A stretch of DNA of 64,000 nt from Cyanobacteriota bacterium (lineage in GTDB: Bacteria > Cyanobacteriota > Cyanobacteriia > PCC-6307 > Cyanobiaceae). The notes under the pieces are model-generated. The model was not told where the DNA came from, searched no databases, and saw nothing but the letters and a program-made list of their open reading frames with translations. The stretch lies in the NCBI GenBank assembly GCA_046309395.1, contig JBKCPG010000120.1, positions 10-64,009 on the forward strand, given 5' to 3'. Positions within the stretch are counted from its first letter, which is position 1; each line of letters starts with the position of its first letter. A program made the position numbers and the translations under genes. Positions 28,916 to 38,337 of the stretch are shown piece after piece.

Positions 28916-29715
28916 GGTGATCGCTCCTCCGTTGTGGGCTCAGTTTGGGTGTAGGCCCGTGTGGCTTGAATGGTTTCGCGTTTGCTGTACTGATAGCGCC
29001 CTGACCCTCCAAAGCTGGATGCATAGACGGATTGAAAATCGTAGGCGGGGGGATGGGCCATGGCTTCGTTGGCAAAAGGTTTGCCAAATGCTTCTTCACT
29101 GAGTGTGCCCACACTGATCGGTTCGGCCGTCAGGTGAATGAGGTGATGCTGACTCAGGGCGAGGGCTTTCCTGATGTCCGACCATAGGTTAATCATTGGA
29201 TAAAATTGAAACACCGCTCGATGGTCAATTTTGTGAAGGTCATTGTTGTGGTGAAGATCATAAATCACGTTTTTCCTTAGTCCTGGGCCGACCAGGCCTG
29301 GCAATCGCACAATCAGCGAGGAGGGAAACTGTGCCTCGACAAATTCTTCAAGTCTCCGGCGATGGAGTCCGTAAGGGTGGAGGTTCTCCGTCTCTACTGT
29401 TGATAACTCATCCACATTCACTGGATGGTTGAACACATCCACAGTGCTGATCAGGACAAATTGCTCGGCTGTAATTGTTGACAGGATGGCCATTAGTCTT
29501 TCAATTCCAGCCCAATCCTCCTCTGGTTGCTGATTGGCAACCCACTTTTTGGCGGGAGCCCCTGCGCAAATCACCAAATCTAAATCTAATCCACTGATTG
29601 TATCAATATCACTGGAGCGATAGAGGTGGGTGAAAGAATGCTGTTTCTTAAGTGTGGAACCCACAAAACCTGAATGCCCGATCAGAGCATGTGACTGGAC
29701 AAGAGATGATGTCAT
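28912..29715 (-). CDS. NAD(P)-dependent epimerase/dehydratase-like protein
   Basis: LIGHSGFVGSTL Rossmann motif, LISTVDV, YGLHR, IVRLPGLVG. Confidence 0.8.
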   Translation of the reverse strand: MTSSLVQSHALIGHSGFVGSTLKKQHSFTHLYRSSDIDTISGLDLDLVICAGAPAKKWVANQQPEEDWAGIERLMAILSTITAEQFVLISTVDVFNHPVNVDELSTVETENLHPYGLHRRRLEEFVEAQFPSSLIVRLPGLVGPGLRKNVIYDLHHNNDLHKIDHRAVFQFYPMINLWSDIRKALALSQHHLIHLTAEPISVGTLSEEAFGKPFANEAMAHPPAYDFQSVYASSFGGSGRYQYSKRETIQATRAYTQTEPTTEERSP

Positions 29716-30833
29716 GATTGCCCCATCACCAGTGAGTCTATGCTTTCAAGGATATCATAGATGTTGTCAATCTTGCTTCCTAGGATGGAATACATTCCTT
29801 TGATGCGTGAATCTTCTCTAAAAAGAATCGGCCGCCCATCGTCCGTCTCATTCTTGGTCAACACCGTTTTGATCTCAAACAGGGATTCCGCATGATGGCT
29901 CTTGGCGAGCGAGGGAAGGTATCGGCAGGCGTCACGCAACATCCGATCGACTCTGCTTTCACAGGGATAAGCATTGAGAATGTCGTAGGGAGAGAGGCCG
30001 TATTGATCTTTCCAATTGCTGTGAGGTGTGTAGCGTACGTGGGAGAGACTGTGTAAGCCACGAGCTGGAAAAGGCATCACAGAGAAGAATGGACCATCCA
30101 TGACTGTAATGCCAATACCAGCGAGAACTTCTGGTGGTTCGATGAGGCAGAGTTCGGCAATCTCATGCTTCAATTCAAACCCTGCTGTGTTCTCTGGCTC
30201 GCTTAGTTGGCCAAGGCCGCTATAGGTGCAGTTGAAGACCAGCGGTGTCCGCACGGAAAAGCTTTCCCCAGTATGGCTGACGACCTCCAGGTCGATCTCT
30301 CCCCTCTCGCCCTCCTTGCTACGCACAACTCTATGGCCAAGAAAGATGTCGATTGCAGCCTTCTGTAGCTCCCTGCCCATCCACTCCCTGAGGCGTTCCG
30401 CGTCGAACGCATACTCCTCAACTTTGAAAACCTTTTGAATCAATGCGGGATTGAATAGCCGCACAACATCCTCTTCCGCCTCGCATACCGGAGCCTCAAT
30501 CTGACTGCAAAAACGTAAAAACTGTGCCCCTGTGACCTTTGAGTTTTTCCCGGCCAAGGCATAATATTTCCTGAAATCACTCTTCACGCAGCAGTCCCAA
30601 TCTCTGCCAAAGCGACCGAAGTTTGCGTGACTGCGGTAAGCGGTTGTAAAACTACGCGGGTAGTGATAACCATTGTGCACTCGGGCTTGATTGGCATAGG
30701 AAGCCCTTCCCAGCAGAATTGGGCCCTGCTCATAAACAGACACATCGGGAATTCTCTTGACTTGTTTGAGATAGAGCGCGATGGCACAGCCGTAAAATCC
30801 GCCACCTACCACGCAGGCTTGCTTGAAAGTCAT
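29712..30833 (-). CDS. FAD-dependent oxidoreductase (DAO/L2HGDH-like)
   Basis: VVGGGFYG dinucleotide motif, ASYANQARVHNGYHYPRS, TVMDGPFFS, SKIDNIYD. Confidence 0.87.
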   Translation of the reverse strand: MTFKQACVVGGGFYGCAIALYLKQVKRIPDVSVYEQGPILLGRASYANQARVHNGYHYPRSFTTAYRSHANFGRFGRDWDCCVKSDFRKYYALAGKNSKVTGAQFLRFCSQIEAPVCEAEEDVVRLFNPALIQKVFKVEEYAFDAERLREWMGRELQKAAIDIFLGHRVVRSKEGERGEIDLEVVSHTGESFSVRTPLVFNCTYSGLGQLSEPENTAGFELKHEIAELCLIEPPEVLAGIGITVMDGPFFSVMPFPARGLHSLSHVRYTPHSNWKDQYGLSPYDILNAYPCESRVDRMLRDACRYLPSLAKSHHAESLFEIKTVLTKNETDDGRPILFREDSRIKGMYSILGSKIDNIYDILESIDSLVMGQS

Positions 30834-30845
30834 CTCAAAATGAAG

Positions 30846-31943
30846 TCATGAGAAAGATGACGTATTCCTTTGGATCTTTGTGTTGGCACCTTGATCCACC
30901 TCGATATTAAGTCGTTCTTTGCGAGTTAGCCTGGCAGAAGTAAACTCGTCGGCAATGTAATACGAAGGCCCAGAGTTTGTCTTTCTGGAGATCTCCAGCA
31001 CATACTCAGACATGATCATCAAGACCAGCGAAATAAGAAAAAACATCGCTGACTGTTGCATAGATAGGCTCACCCAGCCCGGAGCGACATCTTTCTTGAA
31101 TGCCCAAATTAAAATAATATAAATAGAGTACAGAATGCTTAAGAGGGCGCAAAATGCCGAAAGAAGCGTCGCAAATCTCATGGGCAAACTTGTGGACGAG
31201 GTCACCAGCCTGATCCCCCGGGGGATGCTTTGACGAAGATTGATATTGGGCCTGTAGTCTGGGCTGGCGGCTAGGGTAATTAATGTGCGTCTGAAGCCCG
31301 TTGAGGACCCCAAATTACGAAACTTGATCTGTGGATCTGGGTACTGCAAGAGATGGCTAACGATGCGCCGGCTGATGGCGATAAATGAGGTGGAATAAGA
31401 GTCGATCGCCATTCCGGTTGTCAGGCGTATGGCTATTCCGAATGCTCGATAAAGAACGAGATTTGGATGTTTCGCTTTCCTGGGTAATGGAGACTTTCGT
31501 GTAAAGACGACGTCATAGCCTTCGCTGGCTGTGCGAACCAATTCTTCGAGAAAAGCCAGGTCCCCTTGGCGCCAATCCAGGCAAGCCACCAGATCTCCTA
31601 AGCTGTTCTCTATGCCAACCCAGCGCGCTGTCAGGTCGTCAACATGGCCCGCAAGAGAAAAGACTTGCAAATTGGCCATCCCTTGCTCAGAGGTGAGCTG
31701 ATGGAGAATTTCCAGGGTCTCATCGGTTGAACCGTTGTCAACAATGATGATTTCGTAATCGCTGACGAGATGGGCCACGCATTCAGAGAGTTGCGTGAGC
31801 CAAGAGTCAATCTCCAGTGCCTGATTCTGTACCGTTACAACAACGCTCAACATCAAGGGCAGTTTCTTATTGATTTTATGGCTGTCTAGTTGAGGAGTCG
31901 CTTCGGCTTTGGGTTGCATATTGCTGGTATCGAGGTCTTGCAA
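30846..31943 (-). CDS. GT2 glycosyltransferase, GtrB/ArnC-like with two C-terminal TM helices
   Basis: YEIIIVDNGSTDET, GYDVV, C-terminal TM pair with PGWVSL...SEYV; start may be the later Met (MQPKAE). Confidence 0.83.
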   Translation of the reverse strand: MQDLDTSNMQPKAEATPQLDSHKINKKLPLMLSVVVTVQNQALEIDSWLTQLSECVAHLVSDYEIIIVDNGSTDETLEILHQLTSEQGMANLQVFSLAGHVDDLTARWVGIENSLGDLVACLDWRQGDLAFLEELVRTASEGYDVVFTRKSPLPRKAKHPNLVLYRAFGIAIRLTTGMAIDSYSTSFIAISRRIVSHLLQYPDPQIKFRNLGSSTGFRRTLITLAASPDYRPNINLRQSIPRGIRLVTSSTSLPMRFATLLSAFCALLSILYSIYIILIWAFKKDVAPGWVSLSMQQSAMFFLISLVLMIMSEYVLEISRKTNSGPSYYIADEFTSARLTRKERLNIEVDQGANTKIQRNTSSFS

Positions 31944-31996
31944 GCCCTGGCCACTCTACACGGAGTGCCCAGTGCTAAGCCCGCGGCTCTCGCTCC

Positions 31997-33157
31997 TCAC
32001 CCTCCGGAGCGCCCCTTGACGGCAACCACCAATCTCAGGATTCGCTCAGCCGCGTCGGCGAGAAGAGGACGGGTTTGGGCCATCGCGCTGGTCAGATCCA
32101 TAGGGCCGGGGACCAGGGAATGCAGGCTGCTCACGCCGATTCCGTGGAGGTCGCCCGAGCCGGCACCGATTTCTCCCGCGATCACCACCACTGGCACGCC
32201 CGCGGCGGCGGCGGCACGCGCCACTCCGCTGATGGTTTTGCCCCGCGCCGTTTGCCCGTCCACCCGTCCCTCGCCGGTGAAGACCAGATCGGCCCCGCTG
32301 AGGGCTTCCATGAAGCCGCTGGCGCTCAGCACCAGCTCGATCCCTGGGCGTGTCTCCGCGTTGCTCAGGGCCATCAACATGGCCCCCATGCCCCCGGCGG
32401 CCCCGGCGCCAGGCCGATCCCGCACCCGCCGCCCCGTGGCCTCTTCCAGCAGAGCCACCAAATGGGCCAGACCCGCTTCCAGCTCCGCCACCATCGCGGC
32501 CGTGGCCCCTTTTTGCGGGCCATAGATCGCCGTGGCGCCCTCGGGCCCCAACAAGGGATTGTCGACATCGCTGGCCACCTCCAGCTCGCAGGCGGCCAGG
32601 CCTGGATGCAGGCCCGTGAGGTCGAGGGCCGCCACTTGCCCCAGCTGGCCGCCGCCCATGGGCTCGTCGATGGGCTGGCCATCGGCCCTTAGAAACCGCA
32701 CCCCTAGGGCCTGGGCCATGCCAGCGCCCAGATCATTGGTGGCCGAGCCGCCGATGCCCAGGATTAGCCGCCGGGCTCCGGCGTCGAGGGCGGTCGCGAT
32801 GAGCTCGCCCGTGCCATGGCTGGTGGTTTGGAGCGGATCACGCCGCTCTGGGCTCACCAGCGGCAGCCCCGAGGCGCTGGCCATCTCCAGCACCGCCCGG
32901 TCCGCCCCCAGCCAACCCAGCTGGCCCTCCACCCGGGCCTTCTCCGCTGGCAGTGGGCCGCACACCATCACCTTCTGAAGCCAGCCGCCGGTGGCGGCCA
33001 CCAGCGCCTCGGTGGTGCCCTCTCCACCATCGGCCAGGGGGATGGGGCGGAGTTCGGCCTCTGGCACCACCCGCCGGATCCCCTCCGCCATGGCCTGGCA
33101 TGCCTGGGGGGCGCTGAGGGAGCCTTTGTAGGAATCCGGGGCCAGGACAAGTCGCAT
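31997..33157 (-). CDS. glxK: Glycerate kinase
   Basis: APDSYKGSLSA, PLADGGEGT, EMASASGL, GIGGSATNDLG, GAAGGMG, TGEGRVDGQT..GK. Confidence 0.94.
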   Translation of the reverse strand: MRLVLAPDSYKGSLSAPQACQAMAEGIRRVVPEAELRPIPLADGGEGTTEALVAATGGWLQKVMVCGPLPAEKARVEGQLGWLGADRAVLEMASASGLPLVSPERRDPLQTTSHGTGELIATALDAGARRLILGIGGSATNDLGAGMAQALGVRFLRADGQPIDEPMGGGQLGQVAALDLTGLHPGLAACELEVASDVDNPLLGPEGATAIYGPQKGATAAMVAELEAGLAHLVALLEEATGRRVRDRPGAGAAGGMGAMLMALSNAETRPGIELVLSASGFMEALSGADLVFTGEGRVDGQTARGKTISGVARAAAAAGVPVVVIAGEIGAGSGDLHGIGVSSLHSLVPGPMDLTSAMAQTRPLLADAAERILRLVVAVKGRSGG

Positions 33158-33329
33158 GGGCTTTAGGCCGCACCCTCCCCCCGCCCCGCCGCCCGCTCCG
33201 CTGGGACGGGCCTCGAAGGGAGCACGGGCGCTTGGGGCTGGGACGGCATGGCCTGCTCTCGACCGAATCTCCTTTCAGGATGACCCAAACCACGCCCTTT
33301 GGCAGGCTGGTGCAGGCGTCCCCTTCCCC

Positions 33330-34685
33330 ATGGCACTTCTGGTGTGGCCCCGCTGGGGCTTCCTCCACGTCCCCCGCCGGTCCCCTGGCCCCGGGTGTCG
33401 TCCTCGCCCATGGTCATTGGCCCTGCTCTGGCCCGCCATTCCCGCTCTGGTGGGTACGGGACCCATCGTCGGCCAGGATCCACAGGGATTTTCCCCACGG
33501 GTGATCGAGCGGCGCGCCGAGACCCGTGAGGTGGGGGGCGTCACCGTCAGCGTGGCCAGCCTGAGCGACGCGGAGGCCCACCAACTGGTGGGGTTTGATC
33601 TGGCGAGGGCCAACATCCAACCGGTGTGGGTGCGGGTGCGCAACAGCGACGACAGCCGTTACTACATTCCACCGATCACCATCGACAACGACTATTTCTC
33701 CCCCCTGGAGGTGGCCTGGCAGGGGCACCGCTTCTTGGATCCCACTGGCAACGCCCGTCTCGACGCCCGCCTGCGGGGGCTGGATCTGCCGGAGTCGGTG
33801 GATCCCGGCGGCACCATCAGCGGCTATGTGTTCACCAACCGGGATGAGGGCATCAAATACGCCGATGTGGAGCTGGTGGCCCCGGGACGGCGGAGGGTGC
33901 GCCGCCTCTCGTTTCTCACCCGGGTGCCCGGGCTGCGGACGGATTTTCAGCGGGTGAATTGGGAGCATCTGCTGAAGCCCGGCCGGATGACGGCGCTCAC
34001 CGAAGCCCAGCTCAAAACCTGGCTGGAGTCTCTTCCCTGCTGCACCCTGGGCGGGGATCGCCGCACCCCCGCCGATCCGCTCAACATCGTGCTCATTGGC
34101 CCGGCCGAGGCCGTGTTCCCACCCCTGGCCCGGCGCGGGTGGCATGTCACCCAAACCCTCTCGGCGGAATCGATCTGGCAAACCATCACCTCCTCCCTCT
34201 TTGGCCACCGCTACCGCTATGCCCCGGTGTCGCCCCTCTATGTGTTTGGCCGTCCGCAGGATCTGGCTTTGCAGAAGGGACGCGGCGATGTCAACCAGCG
34301 CAACCACATGCGGCTTTGGCTGGCGCCGGTGACGGTGAGCGGCACACCGGTATGGGTGGGCCAGATCAGCCGCGACATTGGCGTCCGTCTCACCCGCAAG
34401 ACCATCACCACTCACAAGATCGACCCTTCCGTGGATGAAACTCGCTGGTATTTGATGCAAGACCTCTATTTCTCGGAGGGCTTGGAGCGCTTTGGTTTTG
34501 TCACGGGGGTGGGCGCGGCCCCTCCGGAGCGGCCCCGCTTCAACTACACCGGCGACCCTTACGAGACCGATGGCCTGCGCGCCGTGCTGTGGATGTCCGC
34601 CAAGCCCGTGAGCTACCACCGGGTGGCCACCCAGTGGCCGCCGCCGAGGGGGCCTGCGCCGGGCACCAGGCGACTCAGTCCTTAG
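33330..34685 (+). CDS. Exported protein with LssY-like C-terminal domain
   Basis: Hydrophobic N-terminus; PADPLNIVLIG, RYAPVSPLYVFGRPQDLA, RNHMRLW, HKIDPSVDETR; start inferred at MALLVW. Confidence 0.75.
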   Translation: MALLVWPRWGFLHVPRRSPGPGCRPRPWSLALLWPAIPALVGTGPIVGQDPQGFSPRVIERRAETREVGGVTVSVASLSDAEAHQLVGFDLARANIQPVWVRVRNSDDSRYYIPPITIDNDYFSPLEVAWQGHRFLDPTGNARLDARLRGLDLPESVDPGGTISGYVFTNRDEGIKYADVELVAPGRRRVRRLSFLTRVPGLRTDFQRVNWEHLLKPGRMTALTEAQLKTWLESLPCCTLGGDRRTPADPLNIVLIGPAEAVFPPLARRGWHVTQTLSAESIWQTITSSLFGHRYRYAPVSPLYVFGRPQDLALQKGRGDVNQRNHMRLWLAPVTVSGTPVWVGQISRDIGVRLTRKTITTHKIDPSVDETRWYLMQDLYFSEGLERFGFVTGVGAAPPERPRFNYTGDPYETDGLRAVLWMSAKPVSYHRVATQWPPPRGPAPGTRRLSP

Positions 34686-36823
34686 GGTTGCTCGTGCTCC
34701 GAGTGCTCCTCGGACTCCACCACCTCCCAGATTGGAATCTCCCCTTGGCCCTTCACGGTGACGGGGGGTAGAGCCTTGAAGGTGTAAAGCCCGCGCAAGG
34801 TCTCCACGATGGGGGACGACACCTGGATCACATTGTGCTTGGGGGAGTCGTTGATGCCGCGGGCGATGTGGATGGTTTGGCCCCAGATGTCAAACGAGAG
34901 CCGCTCGCCCCGCACCACACCAGTGGTGAGGGGCCCCGCGTGCAAGCTGATGTCGAGGAAGAGGCGCACGTTGTGTTTCCGGTTGAAGCCCCGCATGACT
35001 CGCAGCATGGCTAAGCCGCAATCCACGGCGCGCTTTTCATGGTCGACGCGCAGCCGCGACAGGCCACTGACGGCCAGATAGGTGGTGCCCACATCCTGGA
35101 GTTTTTCCACATCAAAGCGTTTCACGGTGTCATCCAGCGCGATGGTGAGTTCGTTGAGCAGACGCATCGAGCGTTCGTCGGAAAGGCTTTGGGAGAGATC
35201 ATTCCAGCCCTCGATTTCAGCGAAGAGCACGGTGACATTGGGATGGGATTCGGCAACGGCTTTGGCCCCCTCCCCAAGGCGTGAAGCGGCGCTGCCGGGG
35301 AGAATACTGAGCAGGAGTCGTTGGTTTTCCTCCACCTGCCGCTGGAGCGACCGCTCCCGCTCATCGAGTCTGTTCGACATGGTGTTGAAGGCGGTGGCCA
35401 GATCGCCGAACTCGTCATTAGCGGCCACTGGAATCTGGACGTTGTAGTCGCCTGAGCTGATTTTTTCGGTGGCGGCCAGCAAGTGGCGAACGGGCCGAAT
35501 GAAGGCCCGCGCCATCCACAGGGTGAGGAAGGCCAAGGCCGGAATCAACAGGGTCGCCAGCAAGAGCAGGTTGCGGGTCAAACTGCCAACGCCGCTGAAG
35601 AGTTCAGCCTCATCAATCTCGGCGAGCAAGCCCCACTCCATGGGGCCAAATTGGATGGGTTGATAGGAGGCGACAACGGGAATGCCCCGGTAATCCCTGT
35701 AGGTGGTGGTGCCGGTTTTCCCCGCCAAAGCATTCAGGGCCCCGACGGTTTTCACGGGTTGCACCAAAATGGGGGTGCCATTCTGTCGAATGGCTTCAAC
35801 TTTACTTTGGGAAAGTCCGGCTTTCTGGGCGATTTTAAGATATTGTTTCGGACTCTCCAGGAAAAATCTTGGCGAGGAGCGAAAGGTGGTGTCCTGGCCG
35901 ACGAGGTAGGTCTCGCCACTGGCGCCCATGCCCACCTCTCGCCATTTGCGATTGGAAGTCATCAGGTTGTCGATGCGCTTGTTGGTGAGCTGAAAGATCA
36001 AGGCGCCGATGAAGTTGTCGCCATCAAACACGGACGTTCCCACTAACATGGTGGGCCTGCCTAAGCTGGGGGCGTAATTGGAAAAATCACTGAAAGTGAT
36101 AAAAAATGGATCTTTCGATTTCTTGATGGCTTGGAACACCTTGGCGGCTGCCGAGTTGGCGTAGGGGCCTGTAAGGAGATTGGTGCCCAGGTCGTCTTCT
36201 TTGGATGTGTTGTAGACAATATTTCCCGTCTTGATATCGGCAAGCATGATGTCTTGATAGTCAAAAAGTTGTGCCAGGCGGGCAAAGCGCTCATGATAGT
36301 CCTGATGCACGCCAGTCCAGGCGCTGCCGTCTTTTGCGTCCACCATGGAGGTCGAATCAGTTTTGGCGGTGGTGCCGCTTGAGACGATGTAGTGGTATTT
36401 GATATAGCGCTCGCTGGCTCGGTCGGGGCTATTCGTAATCATCCCTGGATCGCTGGTATTGTCCTTTTTTAGCTTGGGGATGAACTGGGTATCGTAATAT
36501 GCTCGTAGCTGTTTTTTCTGCGCTTCGTTAATGTCCGGAAGTTGATTGAAGGCGTCAGTGAACCGCTTTGCGGCATCCACGGTCATGCGGGCTTCTGAGA
36601 GGGTCATCACATGGTTCCCCAGGCGTTCCACATACTCACTCAAGGCGACCGCCTGGCTGCCGCGCATGGCGGTGAGCCGTTCGTAGCCCGTTTCAGACAG
36701 CAGGTGGCGCGCCACGCCAAAGCTCAAAAAGCCCGTGAACAATAGGCTCACCAGGCTGGCCGAGAGCACCAGGGCGATGAGCTTGGATTGCACCCCAAAT
36801 GTCCGAAAGAAGTTCTTGAGCAT
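34682..36823 (-). CDS. Membrane sensor-HAMP-class III nucleotide cyclase-like protein (catalytically degenerate), paralog A
   Basis: Two TMs around a large extracytoplasmic Cache-like domain, HAMP (DEFGDLATAFNTM), cyclase fold VTVLFAEI/FDIWGQT; start set by alignment with paralog B. Confidence 0.88.
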   Translation of the reverse strand: MLKNFFRTFGVQSKLIALVLSASLVSLLFTGFLSFGVARHLLSETGYERLTAMRGSQAVALSEYVERLGNHVMTLSEARMTVDAAKRFTDAFNQLPDINEAQKKQLRAYYDTQFIPKLKKDNTSDPGMITNSPDRASERYIKYHYIVSSGTTAKTDSTSMVDAKDGSAWTGVHQDYHERFARLAQLFDYQDIMLADIKTGNIVYNTSKEDDLGTNLLTGPYANSAAAKVFQAIKKSKDPFFITFSDFSNYAPSLGRPTMLVGTSVFDGDNFIGALIFQLTNKRIDNLMTSNRKWREVGMGASGETYLVGQDTTFRSSPRFFLESPKQYLKIAQKAGLSQSKVEAIRQNGTPILVQPVKTVGALNALAGKTGTTTYRDYRGIPVVASYQPIQFGPMEWGLLAEIDEAELFSGVGSLTRNLLLLATLLIPALAFLTLWMARAFIRPVRHLLAATEKISSGDYNVQIPVAANDEFGDLATAFNTMSNRLDERERSLQRQVEENQRLLLSILPGSAASRLGEGAKAVAESHPNVTVLFAEIEGWNDLSQSLSDERSMRLLNELTIALDDTVKRFDVEKLQDVGTTYLAVSGLSRLRVDHEKRAVDCGLAMLRVMRGFNRKHNVRLFLDISLHAGPLTTGVVRGERLSFDIWGQTIHIARGINDSPKHNVIQVSSPIVETLRGLYTFKALPPVTVKGQGEIPIWEVVESEEHSEHEQP

Positions 36824-36849
36824 GGTTTGAGCGGGGGGCTTGAGGCCGA

Positions 36850-38337
36850 TCACGTGGCGCTCGGAAGTTTTGCTCCCGTCGCGCCTTGTTGGAGTGCCGC
36901 GATGGCTCGTTGTCGGATGTCGGTGACGCCTTTCAGATCCCTCGCGAGACGGGGATGGTCATCTAGGAGGGCGGCCAGGTTTTTCCCTTCAATCACCATC
37001 ACCCGCACATCGGTTGCCGCTCGCACGGTGGTATCGGCGACGCGGTTGTGCAGGAGGATCACTTTCTCTCCAAAACATTCACCCGCGCACAGGATGCCTA
37101 AGGACGCTGGAGCGTGGCCCGGTTGGTTCAGGAAGACCTCCGCCTCGCCTTCGAGAATGAGTTGCAGGCCGGTGAGGGGAGTGCCCTGCTGAAGCACCAC
37201 TTCGCCCATGGCGTAGTCCCGCACCAGGGAGATGGTCGCCAGCCGTTCGAGATCGGCCGCGGGCAACACCGCGAAGGCGGAGTCGCGAAGAACCCGCAGA
37301 CGCTCCTTTTGCCTCCCCGCTGGCTGGCTGACGGCGGGCTCGCTGTAGGGGATGGAGATCCGCGTTGGGTAGGGAATGGTGAGGCCTTCGCGTCGAGCGA
37401 CGTACCAGACACGTCGCATCAGCTCGTCAGCCAGTCCACCTGCCTGCCCAAAGCTGGGGCAAGCAAACTTCAAAACATAGCTGATGGAAGAATCGTTAAA
37501 GCTGACCAGTTCGGCTGAGGGTGGCGGATCGTTGAGGACGCCCTCAATCTCTTGCACCGTCTCTTCCAGCATCTCCTTGACCGCGTTGGGAGGATCATTC
37601 AGGGAGAAGTTGATATGGATCGATTGGATGTAGCCCTCTGTCGGTCTGCTCATGTTGGTGAAGCTGGTTTTCCCCAGCTCCGAGTTGGGCACCACCACCA
37701 GATCATCATCCCCGGTGAGCAGGTGCACGGCACGCCAATTCACCTCCACCACCCGGCCCGCTTTGCCGTTCACTTCCACCCAGTCGCCAAGGCGAATGGG
37801 CTGCTCAAACAACAGGGCCACCCCGGAAAAGATGTTGCCCAGGCTGTCTTGCAGGGCTAAGCCCAACACCAGCGATCCCACTCCCAGGGCCGTGAGGAAC
37901 CCCCCCAGGTCGGCCCCCCACACGGTGGAGAGCACGATCGATGAGCCCAGCAGCACCAGAATGAAGCGTCCCAGATCCCGGAACAGTTGGGGCACTTTGG
38001 CCTGCCAGCTTCCCTGGGAGGCGCCCTCGAAAAGAACGCTGTTGAGGAGGGTGAGCGCCCCATAGATCAGGCTGATCCACAGCAGGGTTTCCGCGATCCG
38101 CACCTGCACGGTGCCCCGTCCCAGGCCGATCACCTCCGCCAGCAGCACGAAGAGGGTGAGGGAGGGGATCACCCAGTTGCGCAGGATGCGCACCGCGGGG
38201 AGGAACGGATGGCGGCGGCGCTGGAGGCGACGGGTGGCCTCGCTGAGCAGCACCATGGCGATCGGGAAGCCAAAGATGAGCGCCGATACCCAACCCAGCT
38301 GGCCAGCGGTGATCGCGGAGGACACGACAGGGTTCAT
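36850..38337 (-). CDS. MscS-family mechanosensitive channel with C-terminal cNMP-binding-like domain
   Basis: GVGSLVLGLALQDSLGNIFSG, GDWVEV, VVEVNWRA, VPNS; C-terminal GECFGE...TVRA. Confidence 0.92.
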   Translation of the reverse strand: MNPVVSSAITAGQLGWVSALIFGFPIAMVLLSEATRRLQRRRHPFLPAVRILRNWVIPSLTLFVLLAEVIGLGRGTVQVRIAETLLWISLIYGALTLLNSVLFEGASQGSWQAKVPQLFRDLGRFILVLLGSSIVLSTVWGADLGGFLTALGVGSLVLGLALQDSLGNIFSGVALLFEQPIRLGDWVEVNGKAGRVVEVNWRAVHLLTGDDDLVVVPNSELGKTSFTNMSRPTEGYIQSIHINFSLNDPPNAVKEMLEETVQEIEGVLNDPPPSAELVSFNDSSISYVLKFACPSFGQAGGLADELMRRVWYVARREGLTIPYPTRISIPYSEPAVSQPAGRQKERLRVLRDSAFAVLPAADLERLATISLVRDYAMGEVVLQQGTPLTGLQLILEGEAEVFLNQPGHAPASLGILCAGECFGEKVILLHNRVADTTVRAATDVRVMVIEGKNLAALLDDHPRLARDLKGVTDIRQRAIAALQQGATGAKLPSAT

